Shown here piece by piece: positions 1 to 12,130 of a stretch of DNA of 64,000 nucleotides. The DNA lies in the NCBI GenBank assembly GCA_040285825.1, contig JAUPSS010000013.1:310001-374000 (forward strand), read 5' to 3'. The position numbers and the translations under genes were made by a program. Within the stretch, counting starts at the first letter, position 1, and the number at the start of each line of letters is the position of its first letter. This DNA comes from Eukaryota sp. TZLM1-RC. Taxonomy: Eukaryota > Protista > Metamonada: BaSk clade. The notes under the pieces are model-generated. The model was not told where the DNA came from. It saw only the letters and a program-made list of their open reading frames with translations, and did not search any database.

Positions 1-581
1 ACATCTCTTAAACGTATAGGGAGGTTCTTTAGGTATAGGGAGGTTTTTCAGATAACTCACTCCATATGTGCATAATTTATTTTGATTTGATTTGTTTTGT
101 GAAGAGGCCAAGAATGTAAAAAATAATTAAAAATAAAAGGACAAATAGTGTCAATAAAACTAAATACAAATTGTTTTTATTCTTGAAACTTCCTGAAGTA
201 CAGACAGTTTTTGGTACAGAACACTTACTTAGAAAAGGAAGGGATCATAGATTGTGTTGACTAGTGAGTTGCTAGAAGGTTTGCAGGATGTACTTTGATT
301 TAATGCTGAAAAAAAGTTTGTTGGTTAAGTGTGAGATTACTCAATAATGGTTACTGTAGTTCTAATTGCAGTATCTTTGAACTCTTGGAAGCAAAGTTTA
401 TGGATGTGGTGCCGCATCCTGAACAGTTTCGCTAAGGATACTATGATTCCGCAGCACAGTGAATTTGTTGCACACAAGCCAAGTAGCCAAGCAGTTGCTT
501 GGTTCAACAACCCTCCTTGGTTTATACAAAATACAAAAGGAATGTACTTTATTTACATGAAACTGTACAGAGAAAGGATAA

Positions 582-875
582 TTAAAAGTCAAACTGGTCC
601 TCCGATTCATTACCCGAGTTCTGGTGTTGATCCTCCACTTCATTTATAGTTGGAACTTCAGATTTTGTTGGAATGTTGAGAATCGGTAACGAATGGGACA
701 GAGGAGACTCCTTGAATTTCATCATATCATCCTTGGAGTAGGTAATTCGAGTTCCACCAGGGGTCTCCATAATATACGTTGATTGGCCAACAGATAACAT
801 AGCATCAAGCTCTCTACCGTTATGAGAGACGCGGATGGACTGGGACGCACTAGACTGTTCATTGGGCAACGTCAT
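582..875 (-). CDS. eIF4E-binding protein (4E-BP)-like
   Basis: TPGGTRITYSKDDMMKFKESPLS matches the 4E-BP core (TPGGTRIIYDRKFL..CRNSP). The C-terminal EDQFDF resembles the TOS motif. Confidence 0.75.
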   Translation of the reverse strand: MTLPNEQSSASQSIRVSHNGRELDAMLSVGQSTYIMETPGGTRITYSKDDMMKFKESPLSHSLPILNIPTKSEVPTINEVEDQHQNSGNESEDQFDF

Positions 876-1001
876 TATTAAAATAAAGGTGATTCAAAAT
901 ATAGTTTCCCCTTCAAGATTCTATTTTTAATGCAATTCTTCTGAAGTCAAGCGACTGTGAACTGCTATATTGTGCATCTTGCAGTTTAAATGACATTCCT
1001 C

Positions 1002-1254
1002 TCATAGTGTCATAGTGCCATTAGTAATTTCCAAAATACCCTTTATCTTCTTTTTTGGATATACATTTTTGACCTGAAAACTATGTTTGCTTTTATTAGA
1101 GGCTGTTGTGGTTTGTTGTAATCTTATCCTTGAATGTGTATGATGTAAATCATCATTAGATGTGGTGTCTAACGGGATAGTGATGTAAACAGTGCCCTGA
1201 AGATGTGGAGGATTACGCACTTACATATTCATCATAATTGAAGACTAAAGGCAT
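1002..1254 (-). CDS. Possible small spliced ORF or gene remnant of unknown function
   Basis: A 28-nt GTAAGT...TTCAG intron candidate at 1197-1224 joins MPLVFNYDEY in frame to GTVYITIPL...; it is the same size class as the confirmed mini-introns. Confidence 0.3.
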
Positions 1255-1412
1255 TCCAAAGGTCCATAAATGCAGAAAAGAATGTTTAGAATACTACTCT
1301 ATTAATAAGGTTTCTATCCACACTATTATCCATGAATAGAAACAGGAATTTTTGAAGTTAACAATAATAAGTGACAAAAACTTTATACAAGACAATAAAT
1401 GATAGAAAAACA

Positions 1413-2243
1413 CTACTGGGCAGCGAGATCGGCTAAAAGTTCAACATCCCCATCAACAAACTCCTTGGCAACAGAGACACCGAGACGTTGGGTTTCGTGA
1501 TCAGGGTTAATTACACCTGCAGTGAAAGCTTGTTCGAAAGCACCATAGAAAACAATAATCTTGTTGTTGGCAGAGTAAGAGAGGGCAAAGTTGAAGTTGT
1601 CGCTATCTTCAACATCAAGTACGACGGATTCTAGCTTCTTAATGCTCTTGGGGAACATTTCCTCTTTCAATCCTTCAACATGGGCGGCAACAAGGGTAAG
1701 TTCCTCACCAAGAAGATTGTGAAAGTTGAGAGTAACAACAACTCTCCTGCCATTGACTTCCTTTGGGAAAGGAAAATCGAATTGGGGAACAACGGGCACA
1801 ACAGTGCCAGTATACTTGTCAACTCTCATAGCTTCAACATCTTGGATGCCGTAAACCATAGTGGGGTATGTTAATAAAACACCAGCAAAAACAGAGGTGA
1901 AATGATCTACAGACACACCGATGGTTCCATTCAATCTATGGTGCATGTTACCAACCAAATGACCGAAACAAGCTTCTTCACGACAGAGGGGATGATCAGT
2001 GATGTTGAAATGCTGAACCATGTGCCAATTCTTTGAAGATTCAACGACATACATCGTATTATCATTGGGCCTGACAACAGGGGATGGTGGAGGATTGAAA
2101 TATGCACCATCAGACAGAGTAGCTTCAGTCAATCTGAGAAGTCCACGATCAGCACTGTACGATCCCATGAGAGATGTACGGAACATTTCGGCATTAACAG
2201 CCGCTAAGAAACATAAAACGAGAGCAAAGGTTGAAAACTGCAT
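1413..2243 (-). CDS. Secreted protein of unknown function
   Basis: Clean ORF with signal peptide MQFSTFALVLCFLAAVNA (alternative start at 2258). Confidence 0.75.
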   Translation of the reverse strand: MQFSTFALVLCFLAAVNAEMFRTSLMGSYSADRGLLRLTEATLSDGAYFNPPPSPVVRPNDNTMYVVESSKNWHMVQHFNITDHPLCREEACFGHLVGNMHHRLNGTIGVSVDHFTSVFAGVLLTYPTMVYGIQDVEAMRVDKYTGTVVPVVPQFDFPFPKEVNGRRVVVTLNFHNLLGEELTLVAAHVEGLKEEMFPKSIKKLESVVLDVEDSDNFNFALSYSANNKIIVFYGAFEQAFTAGVINPDHETQRLGVSVAKEFVDGDVELLADLAAQ

Positions 2244-2462
2244 CTGGATAAATAGCATTATTAAAATTGAAATAGCACAATTTCAGACCAAATTTCATTA
2301 CAATTTCGTTTAATTAATGTATCCCATTGCGATGCACCCCAGGATATGAATTTTACCATTGCCCCTTCCTTTGAAGGTAAATAATACGGTTATGGTAGCA
2401 ATGACAACAATCAAATCACTATGTCAAGTAGTACTTCACTTCCGCCTGCATTAGATTGCATT

Positions 2463-3560
2463 TGATGCCGTTAGGCAGTAATACCAAATATGAAAAGAAG
2501 AAAAGAGAGCTTTATTAATAAAAATACTTGTTCTTGAACAAGTGCCACGTCATAATGTGAATTACTCATCTGCCTACCAGGTTAGTTTATCAGCAACAAC
2601 AACAACACTACATCTTCCCGTTTTCTTTCAACGGTTTCGTAAACCATTTAGCATAATGAAGATAGGTGATTTGTGAGATACTGAGTCACGTGGTGTAGAT
2701 GATTTACCTCGTGCTTCACTTTTGAGGGGCAATCACGAGCTAGATGATCTTTGTGATGATATTTAAAACATGTTCCGTCAGTCAGATTGCGAGACATATG
2801 GGATGAACGAGACTTCATACCAGCTCGACACATAGAGTCAGCATTTTCAGAAACAGTCTTTGAAGACTTGTTCCAAAAGGCTATTTGCGTGCAATCAAGT
2901 TGTTCATCCTCGGCAGTATTTGCCATTGTGGGAAAATCGGGGAACACCTCGTCCCGAATTCGAGAAATGGAAAGATTTCTGCAATCCTTTTGGAAGAATA
3001 CCCCTGCCGAATCTGATTATGAAGGCTGAGTCAAACAATTTCAGTCCGGAAGCCCTGCTTTTCACCTGAAGATAACGTTTCAGGAAGCAGGACATACGTT
3101 CACGGACGTCGCCCTTACGGACATCAACCTTCAACTTAGACATCACCAAATTGAATTACTCGTATGAGGAAAACGAAGTGGAGGATCTTAAATGATCCAG
3201 AAACACCTCATCGGATGAATCAACCCCAGGTGTTCTGAGAACCAATGATTCTAACAAGAAAGGGTCAACGAGCAGCCTTGCTGGAACAAGGCCCTTCTTC
3301 GTTGCAAAAGAAGAGTAAACCTTGCACTGTTGTAGGAACAACAGAACATCATCCACTTCCATATCAGCAAGGGACGGATGTAGTAGGCGTGTAGATAACA
3401 TCTGCAATGAGGGTCAATAATTATTGATGCCGTTAGGCAGAAATACCAAAGATGAAAAGAAGAAAAAAGAGCTTTATTAATGAAAATACTTGTTTTTGAA
3501 CAAGTGCCACGTCATCATGTGAATTCCTCATCTGTCTACCAGGCTAGTTTATCAGTAACA
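2463..3560 (-). mobile_element. Small gag-only LTR element with 136-bp LTRs at 2463-2598 and 3425-3560
   Basis: Two highly similar TG...CA direct repeats. Broken gag-like ORFs inside with a degenerate knuckle CFKYHHKDHLARDC. Polypurine tract GAAAGAAAACGGGAAGATG before the 3' LTR on the minus strand. No TSD seen. Confidence 0.8.
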
Positions 3561-3579
3561 AAAATACATTCTTTATATA

Positions 3580-5160
3580 ATTAAAGAAGTTTATTGTGGA
3601 AAAGAAAATTCATTTGAATTGACCCAACAAGGTTAAGTTGTCGAATGGAACAATGGTAAATATTTTGAGTTAATTAAATATTTAAATAATATTGTTTTCC
3701 TTTTTGTAGATCGTAGTTCTTCCGTAACAATTGATAAAGATATTGATTAAATTTATTGGTGTCGTTGTAGTAGTGAATTATCCAAGATAGATGACACTAA
3801 CAACTGAGACATAATGCAAAATTTTAGATTTATTGAAGATTTTCTATTCATTACTGATGTCAATGGTGAAGTTTTGAAGTTTAACAAGGGTGATGGTGAT
3901 GTTCTTCTCAATAACAAACCCACCAAAGTTTTCTGGTTGATTAATATTGTTTTTATTAGTGGTTATGGTGGTATTTATGCTGCCATTGCTAATGATGGTA
4001 AAGTTTTTGTTTGGGGTAAATTGAGTGAAATTAGTAATGTTTATGAAAATCACGACGAGCCAATTAGTATTGAAGCTTTCGATAATATAGAAGGTATTTC
4101 GGTAGGTCATGACTTCCTTTTTGCCAACAACAAAATCACTGTTTGGGCTTGGGAAAGGAACGATAAAGGTCAATTAGGTACAGGTGATTTAATTGATCGA
4201 CAACAACCTGTCAAAGTATTTGGATCTGAAATACTTGGCCCATTTCATTATCCAAAACAACCTTTGAATAGAATGTTTAGTGGTCTAATTCAGCAGATTT
4301 ATTGGGAATATTTAAATTATTTGCAGAAGCGCTTTAGTAATCATGCATGTGTTAAAGCAAGATTTTACACCAAATGTGGTATTAGTGAACGGGTAGCGCA
4401 ATTTGCTCAAGAAGTGTTCAATGTTTATCAAAATAAAAATAGGGTGTTCTTGAAAGATCCTCCAGATTTAGATTGAAATGAAAACAGTTGTGATTTACAT
4501 ATGCAACTTTCTACTGATTATGAGGATCCTGAAGTCATTAATACTAGAATTAAAAACTTGATGTTTACTATGATGAAATTGACCTAAAAATATTGTCAAT
4601 TTTCCTAAATGTTGAGATTTTTCAGCTTGGTTCATTACAAGTAAGTGATTTTCTCTCAATTTAACACATTTATTGGAACTCAAAAGTGCAGGAATCAATT
4701 GTGAAATCAATATAGACCAATTACTTACTTCTCTAGTGAAGTTGGTTCTTAAACACGATGGCATTCAAGTTGATTATTTAAGCTATCTATTGTCACTAAA
4801 AGAGTTGGTTGTAACAGGTTTAGACAATTTAGAAGGAGTGTTAGAAGAAGAGATACCTCTACCGCAATCAATTATTAGATTGGAAGTTTATTTATTGATG
4901 TCTATTTATGTTGAAATTCAATTACCAAAATTGGGGGAATTGATTAAACCTAATCGCGACAATCTGTCAGTTTCTCCCCTATCTCCAACAAAATTTATCG
5001 ATCAAGGTTTAATTGAATCTGTTACACTGATGAAGAATCAATATTTAGAATAGTTAGTTGAATAATCTTGTTTTCCATGGTGGACTTATTATTCAGCTGA
5101 AAGCTCCTTGATTGATATCTTCCGTCATTATGTAAATGAAAAAAAAAGAATTCGTGTAAA
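3580..5160 (+). pseudogene. Decayed paralog of the RCC1/LRR-like gene at 12131-14173
   Basis: Fragments 3814-4476 and 4673-5053 are near-identical in peptide to the intact copy (e.g. GQLGTGDLIDR.QPVKVFGSEILG) but carry stops, frameshifts and a deletion; inverted orientation. Confidence 0.9.
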
Positions 5161-5924
5161 TAAATATTCTTCTAATGGTTAATCAATGTGTTTTCAACAG
5201 TGTTTACGTGTCACTAACACATCACAAATCCTTCAGCAATCACCGTATTTTGGTATCCTTACACCATATCAGAATCAAGGCCAGGATAACCCCTTTAATG
5301 TTCCCAACAATAGACCTGTTGGAATTTAATAGTTGCTGAAGAGAATTTCACGATATCAGAACCACTTTTCCCAATTACAATTACGTCATTGTTTGTTTCT
5401 GTGGCTAAGATGAATTGTGAAAATTTGTCATTTTGATTTTTTGAAAGTTTAATACCTAAACTTTATTCAAACTTTTTATTCTATTATTGTGTATTTTTGT
5501 TCATTTTTAACTACAAACCACTGATTACTTGAAAATGCGTAAAATGTCAAAATAAAAATAAAATAAAATAAATATCGTTATTACATTGAGCAGTGGTTTA
5601 ATGTCTCAATCTTATACTTTTGGTCTTGTAAATCAGATCAACTTTCCGTAGTATTTAACCATGACACTTGTTTTAAGCGTGCTTTGCAGAGCGCAAGGCT
5701 TTCCTGTAAATCAAATATATATAAATGTAATATATAAATGTAATATATATGCAAATCGTAATTCTACTTTTCTATGAGTTTGATTCTTACAAAAATTGTC
5801 CAGTTAAATTCCTCTCATAAGCGCTGGGTTTATGCTGTTAAGTGTTAACGTTTGATAGCAAAACATTAACTAAACACAGCAAAAAAGTTCAAATTGAAGC
5901 TCAATAATTTTGATTGAAACTTTT

Positions 5925-6140
5925 TTTATTAATTTTATTAAGAACCTATAAATCGACATCTAAATAATCCATCTCTTCCAAAACAAAAACACCAGATGCA
6001 ACTCTCTCATAGTGAAAGCAAATCATTAGAAACCATCTTCAACATCCCCTTAAAAATAGAAAACACAATTTTATTTTGCCAAAACAATCTGTTGAAATTT
6101 CTGTTAGTTTTTCTCTTTACAATCATTTCAAAATCTGCCA
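5925..6140 (-). mobile_element. 3' fragment of CRE-like family C
   Basis: DFEMIVKR.T.RNFNRLFWQN.IVFSIFKGMLKMVS matches 37284-37586. Confidence 0.85.
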
Positions 6141-6515
6141 AAAACCATAATAATTTTGATAGAAATTGAACAGTTGAAACAACTCTTTTCGTATCAAGTT
6201 GCATCAAATGTTAGCTCTTGACAGAAGACGCTTAATTTCACATACTGTTGAACTTGAGGTATTGTTGAGCAGTTTATTTAGTTTTACCAATAAATTATAA
6301 TTCTGCTTCATTTAACTTATTAATTTTGTTTTGCATTCTATGTCAAAGTTAGTTACGGATTGCTCATAAAGACAGTAATAGGTTTGAAATCAAAAAACAT
6401 TAGAATAAACAAAATTATACAAGTTCTTTATCAAATGATTACTTAATTATTGAAATTTATTCAAAGAATGGCATTAGAAACGCAAAAAAAATATTGTAAA
6501 CAAAACAAAGATAAT

Positions 6516-8978
6516 TTAATTCACAAACGGCGCATAACCCAGTGGTGAAGGACTTGCCTGAGTGATTAAATTCCTAAACAGCAGTGGGTGAGTCTGACTA
6601 GAAAAACGTTCTTCATCGTCGTTGCCGAAAAACAAAACATCTAATTTAAACCAATTAATTACACTTAAATAAGCCGAACGATCAAAAACTCCTAAAGACA
6701 CTTCTACCTCTGAAAATTCATACAGTTGTGCAGAGATTAACGTATTGTTGTCAATTTCGAGATAAAAAACTTTTTGAATTTGGTTGGGTAAGTGCTTTAA
6801 TTGTAGATTTAAAGAGCTCTGGTCTACTGCCAAGCCCCAGGTGTTGAAAATTTCACCCAACATTTCCAAATTTTCGTCATTGTCCAAAGAACCTACTTCA
6901 CCATTTACTGATATACTATAAAAACAATAGAGAAAACAAAGGGAGGAAGTGGAGGATATCACGTGATTAGGATCAGAAAGTAGCTCAAAAATAGAGCCTG
7001 ATGACGTCACAGTGGGGGTCGGAATGAGCTCATGGCCTAGAAAATTCAAAATTTCACTCCAAACAGATTTGAAACAATCAACGAAATCTGTCCGGTCAAT
7101 TACACCAACAAGGGATTGGGATTGACACGTCATTACAGTCGACTTCATTTGGCCCAGTTTCCGAACTGCTGAAATCAATCTTGACTTTTTGTGAAAAAGG
7201 TCAAAAAGTGACGTTCCCTCGACAGCGTGACAGGAGGTGACATGCTGTAACTCAAAACCGATGGTGCGAAATTTTGAGAAGAAGGGATCACAAGGGATCA
7301 TAAACAGAATCATCCCTGAATTTGGTTCTTGTAAAATAAAAAAGTCTCTAAAACTTGACAAATGTCGATGACGAGACAAAAATTTTGACAGTGATCCCTT
7401 TAAATGATTACATGAATACTTATAAATAACCGCATCACGTGATTCTGATTGACAACTTGACTCGAAATTTGTTTGATTGATTAACATTGATGGTAAAAAG
7501 ATGGGAAGCCCAAAAATTGGAAGTATTCCAGAATTAGTAAATGTTGAAATTAAAATAGAAACAAAAGAAATTGGAGAAAAAATTAAGGAAACTATTGAGT
7601 TAAAAAGGGACAAGTTCCACATTAGGATTAAAAATAATTTAAAATTTTGAAGGAAAATTGGCAAAAAACTGACTAAAAAGGTAATTAAAAATGAAAATAA
7701 ATCTTGTAAATTAAAGAAGAACAAAAGTGAAGAATGAAATATTAATAAAGCAAATGAAAAAAATTGCGAATTGAATTGTAAATTTAACAATCTCAGCATT
7801 AAAATGAAATACAACACGTTAATTTCATTTGAAAAAGAGAAAAAAAGCGGAAAGAGTAACAGTGTGATGTAAAAAGGATAAACAGATTTGAATTTAAATA
7901 ATTTGAAAAACAAAAGGCAAATAAACCACAACAGTAAAATAATAAAAACAACTTCTTTAAAAACAAAAAAAGATAACAAATTGCTTAAATTCATGGCAAG
8001 TAGAAGAACAATTAAAATTTTAATTGTATTTTTAAAATTGAAATTCTTTAATGGTATTACTGAAAGTTTGAACAAAAAGACATTGATAACAATAAATGAA
8101 TAAAAACTGAATCAAAATAGTTAAAATAAAGAAATTCAGAAATAATCCAAATTAAAGTTATAAAATCAATCAAATAACCACTAAAACCACTAAAAACTCC
8201 ACCAAAAACAAAACTTGGATATTTAATTAAATAAACAAAAAAATGAAAACAAAGACGGAATAAAAACAAGACCATCTAAAATTAAATAGACAACAAAAAC
8301 TTCGATTGGAGTCAAATAATAATATGAAGAAAAAACAATGATGATTACGAAATAAAAATGCTTCGAATACAAGGAAAACGGACCAAAAGTGCGGGGTAAT
8401 TCTAAAGATAAAGCAACTGACACAGGGGGTGTGATTAATAAAGAAAATAAAGAATGACTGCAAATGAAATATAATAAGACAAAACTAAAGAAATTTGAAT
8501 TAATTGAGTTGAGCATCAGTATTGGAAGTTGCAGGGAAATGAAAGCGAATAAAAGGAATCTAAAAGGAAGATAAGAAGGCAAGTAAGGGGGTAACCAAGG
8601 GGAAAAAGAGCGATAGACAAACAATGCGAATGACGCAAGAGTGATTGTAAAGGTGGTGATAAGTGTGGAGGAGATGAGGGTCGTGAACAACTGCGGGATG
8701 ATGTGGAGGAAGATCATGATGGCAGGGATAGTAATGTAGGCGAGGATGGTGAGGAGAAGAGTGGTTCTGGTTAGCTCAGGATTGAGAAGATCGATGCCGA
8801 GGATGTAATGGAGGTATTTGTGGAGATAGCGACGATACATGTAGGATTCCATGAGACTATGACGTTGGTAACCATGTCTAAGGATGGAACGTCCCTGGGA
8901 AAGAGAAACAGAATCAGCCTGAGTACGTACAGGTTGGGAATGAGAGGTAACAGTTGTGGATAACGGAAGAACATTCAT
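6516..8978 (-). CDS. Pecanex-like multipass membrane protein; three ORF pieces joined by two homopolymer frameshifts
   Basis: Many TM segments, then LPIFGLPIFLPS...DAVIY...RDFFIL...GFELQHVTSCHAVE, resembling the pecanex PCNX4-type GLELQETSCH region. Frame breaks lie at T-runs near 8240 and 8075. Confidence 0.65.
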
Positions 8979-9249
8979 GAGATAGACATCGGTTAATGGT
9001 AGTGCTAAATAGTAGTAACCCTATTTGGAGATCACTGGATGAATGTTTTGTAAATCTTTGTTGTTCAACAATTTGAAATCGATCTTTTACAGCGTTATAC
9101 CATAATCACTTTTTGACCATGTCATACGCATATGGCATTTTGCATATGATTCTTGTATTCATTGTACCAGAAGAAGAAGAAATCTCAAAACAAACAGCCA
9201 AAACATCAGTATGTGGGAAGTTCAACACTAACTTCGCTCACAGCACCAG

Positions 9250-11400
9250 TGCAGCACCAGTACAGCAATCAAAGACTCCCTCAACTGGTTTCCTGTAGGC
9301 TAATCGCCCTTTTGCAAAATTAAATGTGAATACAATTGAACCACTCCATTCATTGAACATGCACAAATAATTTATTTAATTCATAACTGATGGGTTGACT
9401 ATTATTGAACCATGATATCCTCTACAAAGTCTTGATCCGAGAACGCCATAAAAATATATCAAATCTTTTCATTGTATTTTCTTGAACCATTTTTGGAAGT
9501 CATTCAACAAAGTTTCTGCTTCATCTGATAATTTTCCATTTATCGAAAATAAGAAAGCAATAAAAACTAGCTGTGTATTTCTATCAGCATTAGCCTCTTC
9601 AATATCTTTATCATATTTTCTATGTTTTTCTTTTGCTTTGAGATCAAGAGCAGTCACAGGATTGAGTTTTCTTCTGTGAACCAAAGTGTCATTTGCAACT
9701 TTATATGAGACAAAGTCAACAATAGCTTCAAAATTATCAATCCAATCACAGTAAACATCACCTCTATCATCAGAACCAAAATTATTCAGAGAAAGTGTTT
9801 CCTTCAGCAGAGGCTCTTTGATACACGATATTTTTGCAGTTTGTGCCACATTGAACACAGTGTGTCTAACAGCATCATGTTATGAATGTAATCAATTTAG
9901 AGCAATTCAGAGCATGGCACAAAGTGAGTTGAGGTGAATTCGAACAAATACTTTTCTCTTTTGATAATAATTGATTGATGGGGATATTCAAATACAATCT
10001 CATTTTTGTTACAAATGCTTCATTAGTGGCACACAATCCAAATCTGCGTGGTACAATGGTTACAAAAAGTGAAGAATATGATGATTTATTTTTACAAACA
10101 CCTTTTTCCAATAACTATGAATGAAGATCTTGATTTAAAATTGCCAATCTCCATGTATTATTATAAAGATCATTTTCATACATTCCAATCAATCGTTTCT
10201 GTAATGTTCGAAGAGTGTATTTTAAATTTAAAAGATGCTTTTCTGGACTATTACCATTGAATGATTGGGGAAAGCATCGACTCCATTTTTCTACTTCAAT
10301 AAATGAAATGTCTTCATTTAATGCAAAAACAGTGGAATTTTGTGTTGTCAACAATGAATCTTCCCAATCTGCAAATCTTTTGGAAAACTCACAGATTGCA
10401 TTTCTGCATCCACGAACAAAAGCACACAAAGTAAGAATAGAAGCCTTCGTCCAACCTAAACCGCCATACTTTGGACTAAGATAAGCATGGTCTGGAATTT
10501 GGAACATTTTAACCACTCAATAAAGACAATGATAATCAATATTTATTAGTTTTCGTCGATTCATTTACAAGGTATTAGTACAACCACATACTCTGTAAAT
10601 GAACAGCCCATGGGGCATGATAAGATTGTATTATATCTTCAACAGGATTAGTCCAAGGGTGGCCTTGAGGCCTGTCATCCTCCTTATCAAGACCATTATC
10701 GGTTTAGTACCATACTTGTACTTTTAAAGGATCTCAGTGCCTTAAAAGTAGAAGATACTTTGATATGAAATGTGTGCGCTATTTTTGGCATACCTATGTC
10801 TATACATAATGATGATCGTCCTGAGTTCCCTGACGAAATATTGAAATTGCTTTGCCGAAGGATGTCAATTGAAGTATCTTATTAAATTCCTTATCACTCT
10901 GAAAGTAATGGATTGGTTGAAAGAAAACATCGAGATGTGATACAATGCAGGAGGAAAATATTAATAGATTACAACGACAATGTTGCATGGTCCTCAAATG
11001 TGCCACTAACTCAACTGTTAATTAATTCAACCAAAAGTAGAATAACAAATTACACTCCATAAGAACTGATGTTTGGGTCATCAATCAGCCCAAGATCAGA
11101 TCCTAATGACATCCTAGGAGGCATTTTCGATTTTGAATCCAATGTATCACTTTTGCAAGACCTCAAATCAACGAATGACCGTATTCAAAAGACACGGGAA
11201 GAAGCAGAGCATCACCAATTATCAAACACACCCAGTCATACGAAAAGCATAGATGAAAACACATTTAATTTTGGTGAATACATCCTTCAAAAGACTAAAC
11301 ATCCTTATAAATTGCGTCGATTTTGGCTAGACCCATATCTGGTTTCAGAAACCCCTTCCAACTCCAGTTTATTAATAAAGAATCTTGTGCTTGTGAATTA
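9250..11400 (+). mobile_element. Degenerate Ty3/Gypsy integrase relic, interrupted by later insertions
   Basis: Colinear with 53620-54460 (ANRPFAKL, YLLVFVDSF, AIFGIPM, ELMFGSSISPRSDP). Confidence 0.85.
9347..10510 (-). mobile_element. 5'-truncated, decayed CRE-like family A copy inserted in the Gypsy relic
   Basis: RLE-region peptides match the family A ORF. 8-bp TSD AACCACTC at 9339-9346 and 10511-10518. Confidence 0.9.
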
Positions 11401-12130
11401 ATAAATTACCTGATACTAGTCCATTTTTCTTCACCGCAGAATGTCTTCACTCTTTTGAATCAGTGCTTTTGGCAGAACATCTGCTTTTCGGATAGAGCAG
11501 AGCTTTTTTAGTTTGATTCTGATCGAGTTGTTGATGCCGACAAGGAGCCTGTAGTTGTAGTTTCTGATCAAGATTATAAAGATACGATTATCAAGATCGT
11601 TTAATTAAATCCATGACGGATAATAATTAGTATTAAAAAACCAGTACATCAGCATTAGGTTTAAACAACTTTTGCCTATTACAAGCATAGCAGTTACATG
11701 TACACCCCAATTACAAGCCCAGGTGTTTGTGTCAGTAATAGGTAAAATACAGTAGTATCTACATTATTTGATGTGCTAGAATGTTTATTGTTGGTCAACA
11801 GCATGTCATTTGTTGATGTTTCATTGGAAATCAGTAAACCTGGCTTGAAATGAATAAATGGTTTGTCAACAATGATCTCCATCAATCACTTCTACTCTGT
11901 TGATCTAAATGGTCGCACGGCAAATCCAAGAAAATAACAACTTAGTAACCACTACATAATAGAGGTGCCATGACCTTCAGTAAGTGTAAAGACACGAAAA
12001 TGCGGTGATTTAAGGAAGATTTTTACTGTGTTGAAGACACGTCACGTCACGTCACCACTATTGAACACATTGAAATTCATAATCACAAACAAAGGAAAAC
12101 CAAAGAAAGAGCCATTAGAAAAATAATTAT

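Noticed and set aside
8060-8250. Introns or programmed frameshifts in the pecanex-like gene
   Set aside because: The GT-AG candidate near 8060-8090 does not restore the frame, and the breaks sit in homopolymer runs like many others in this window.
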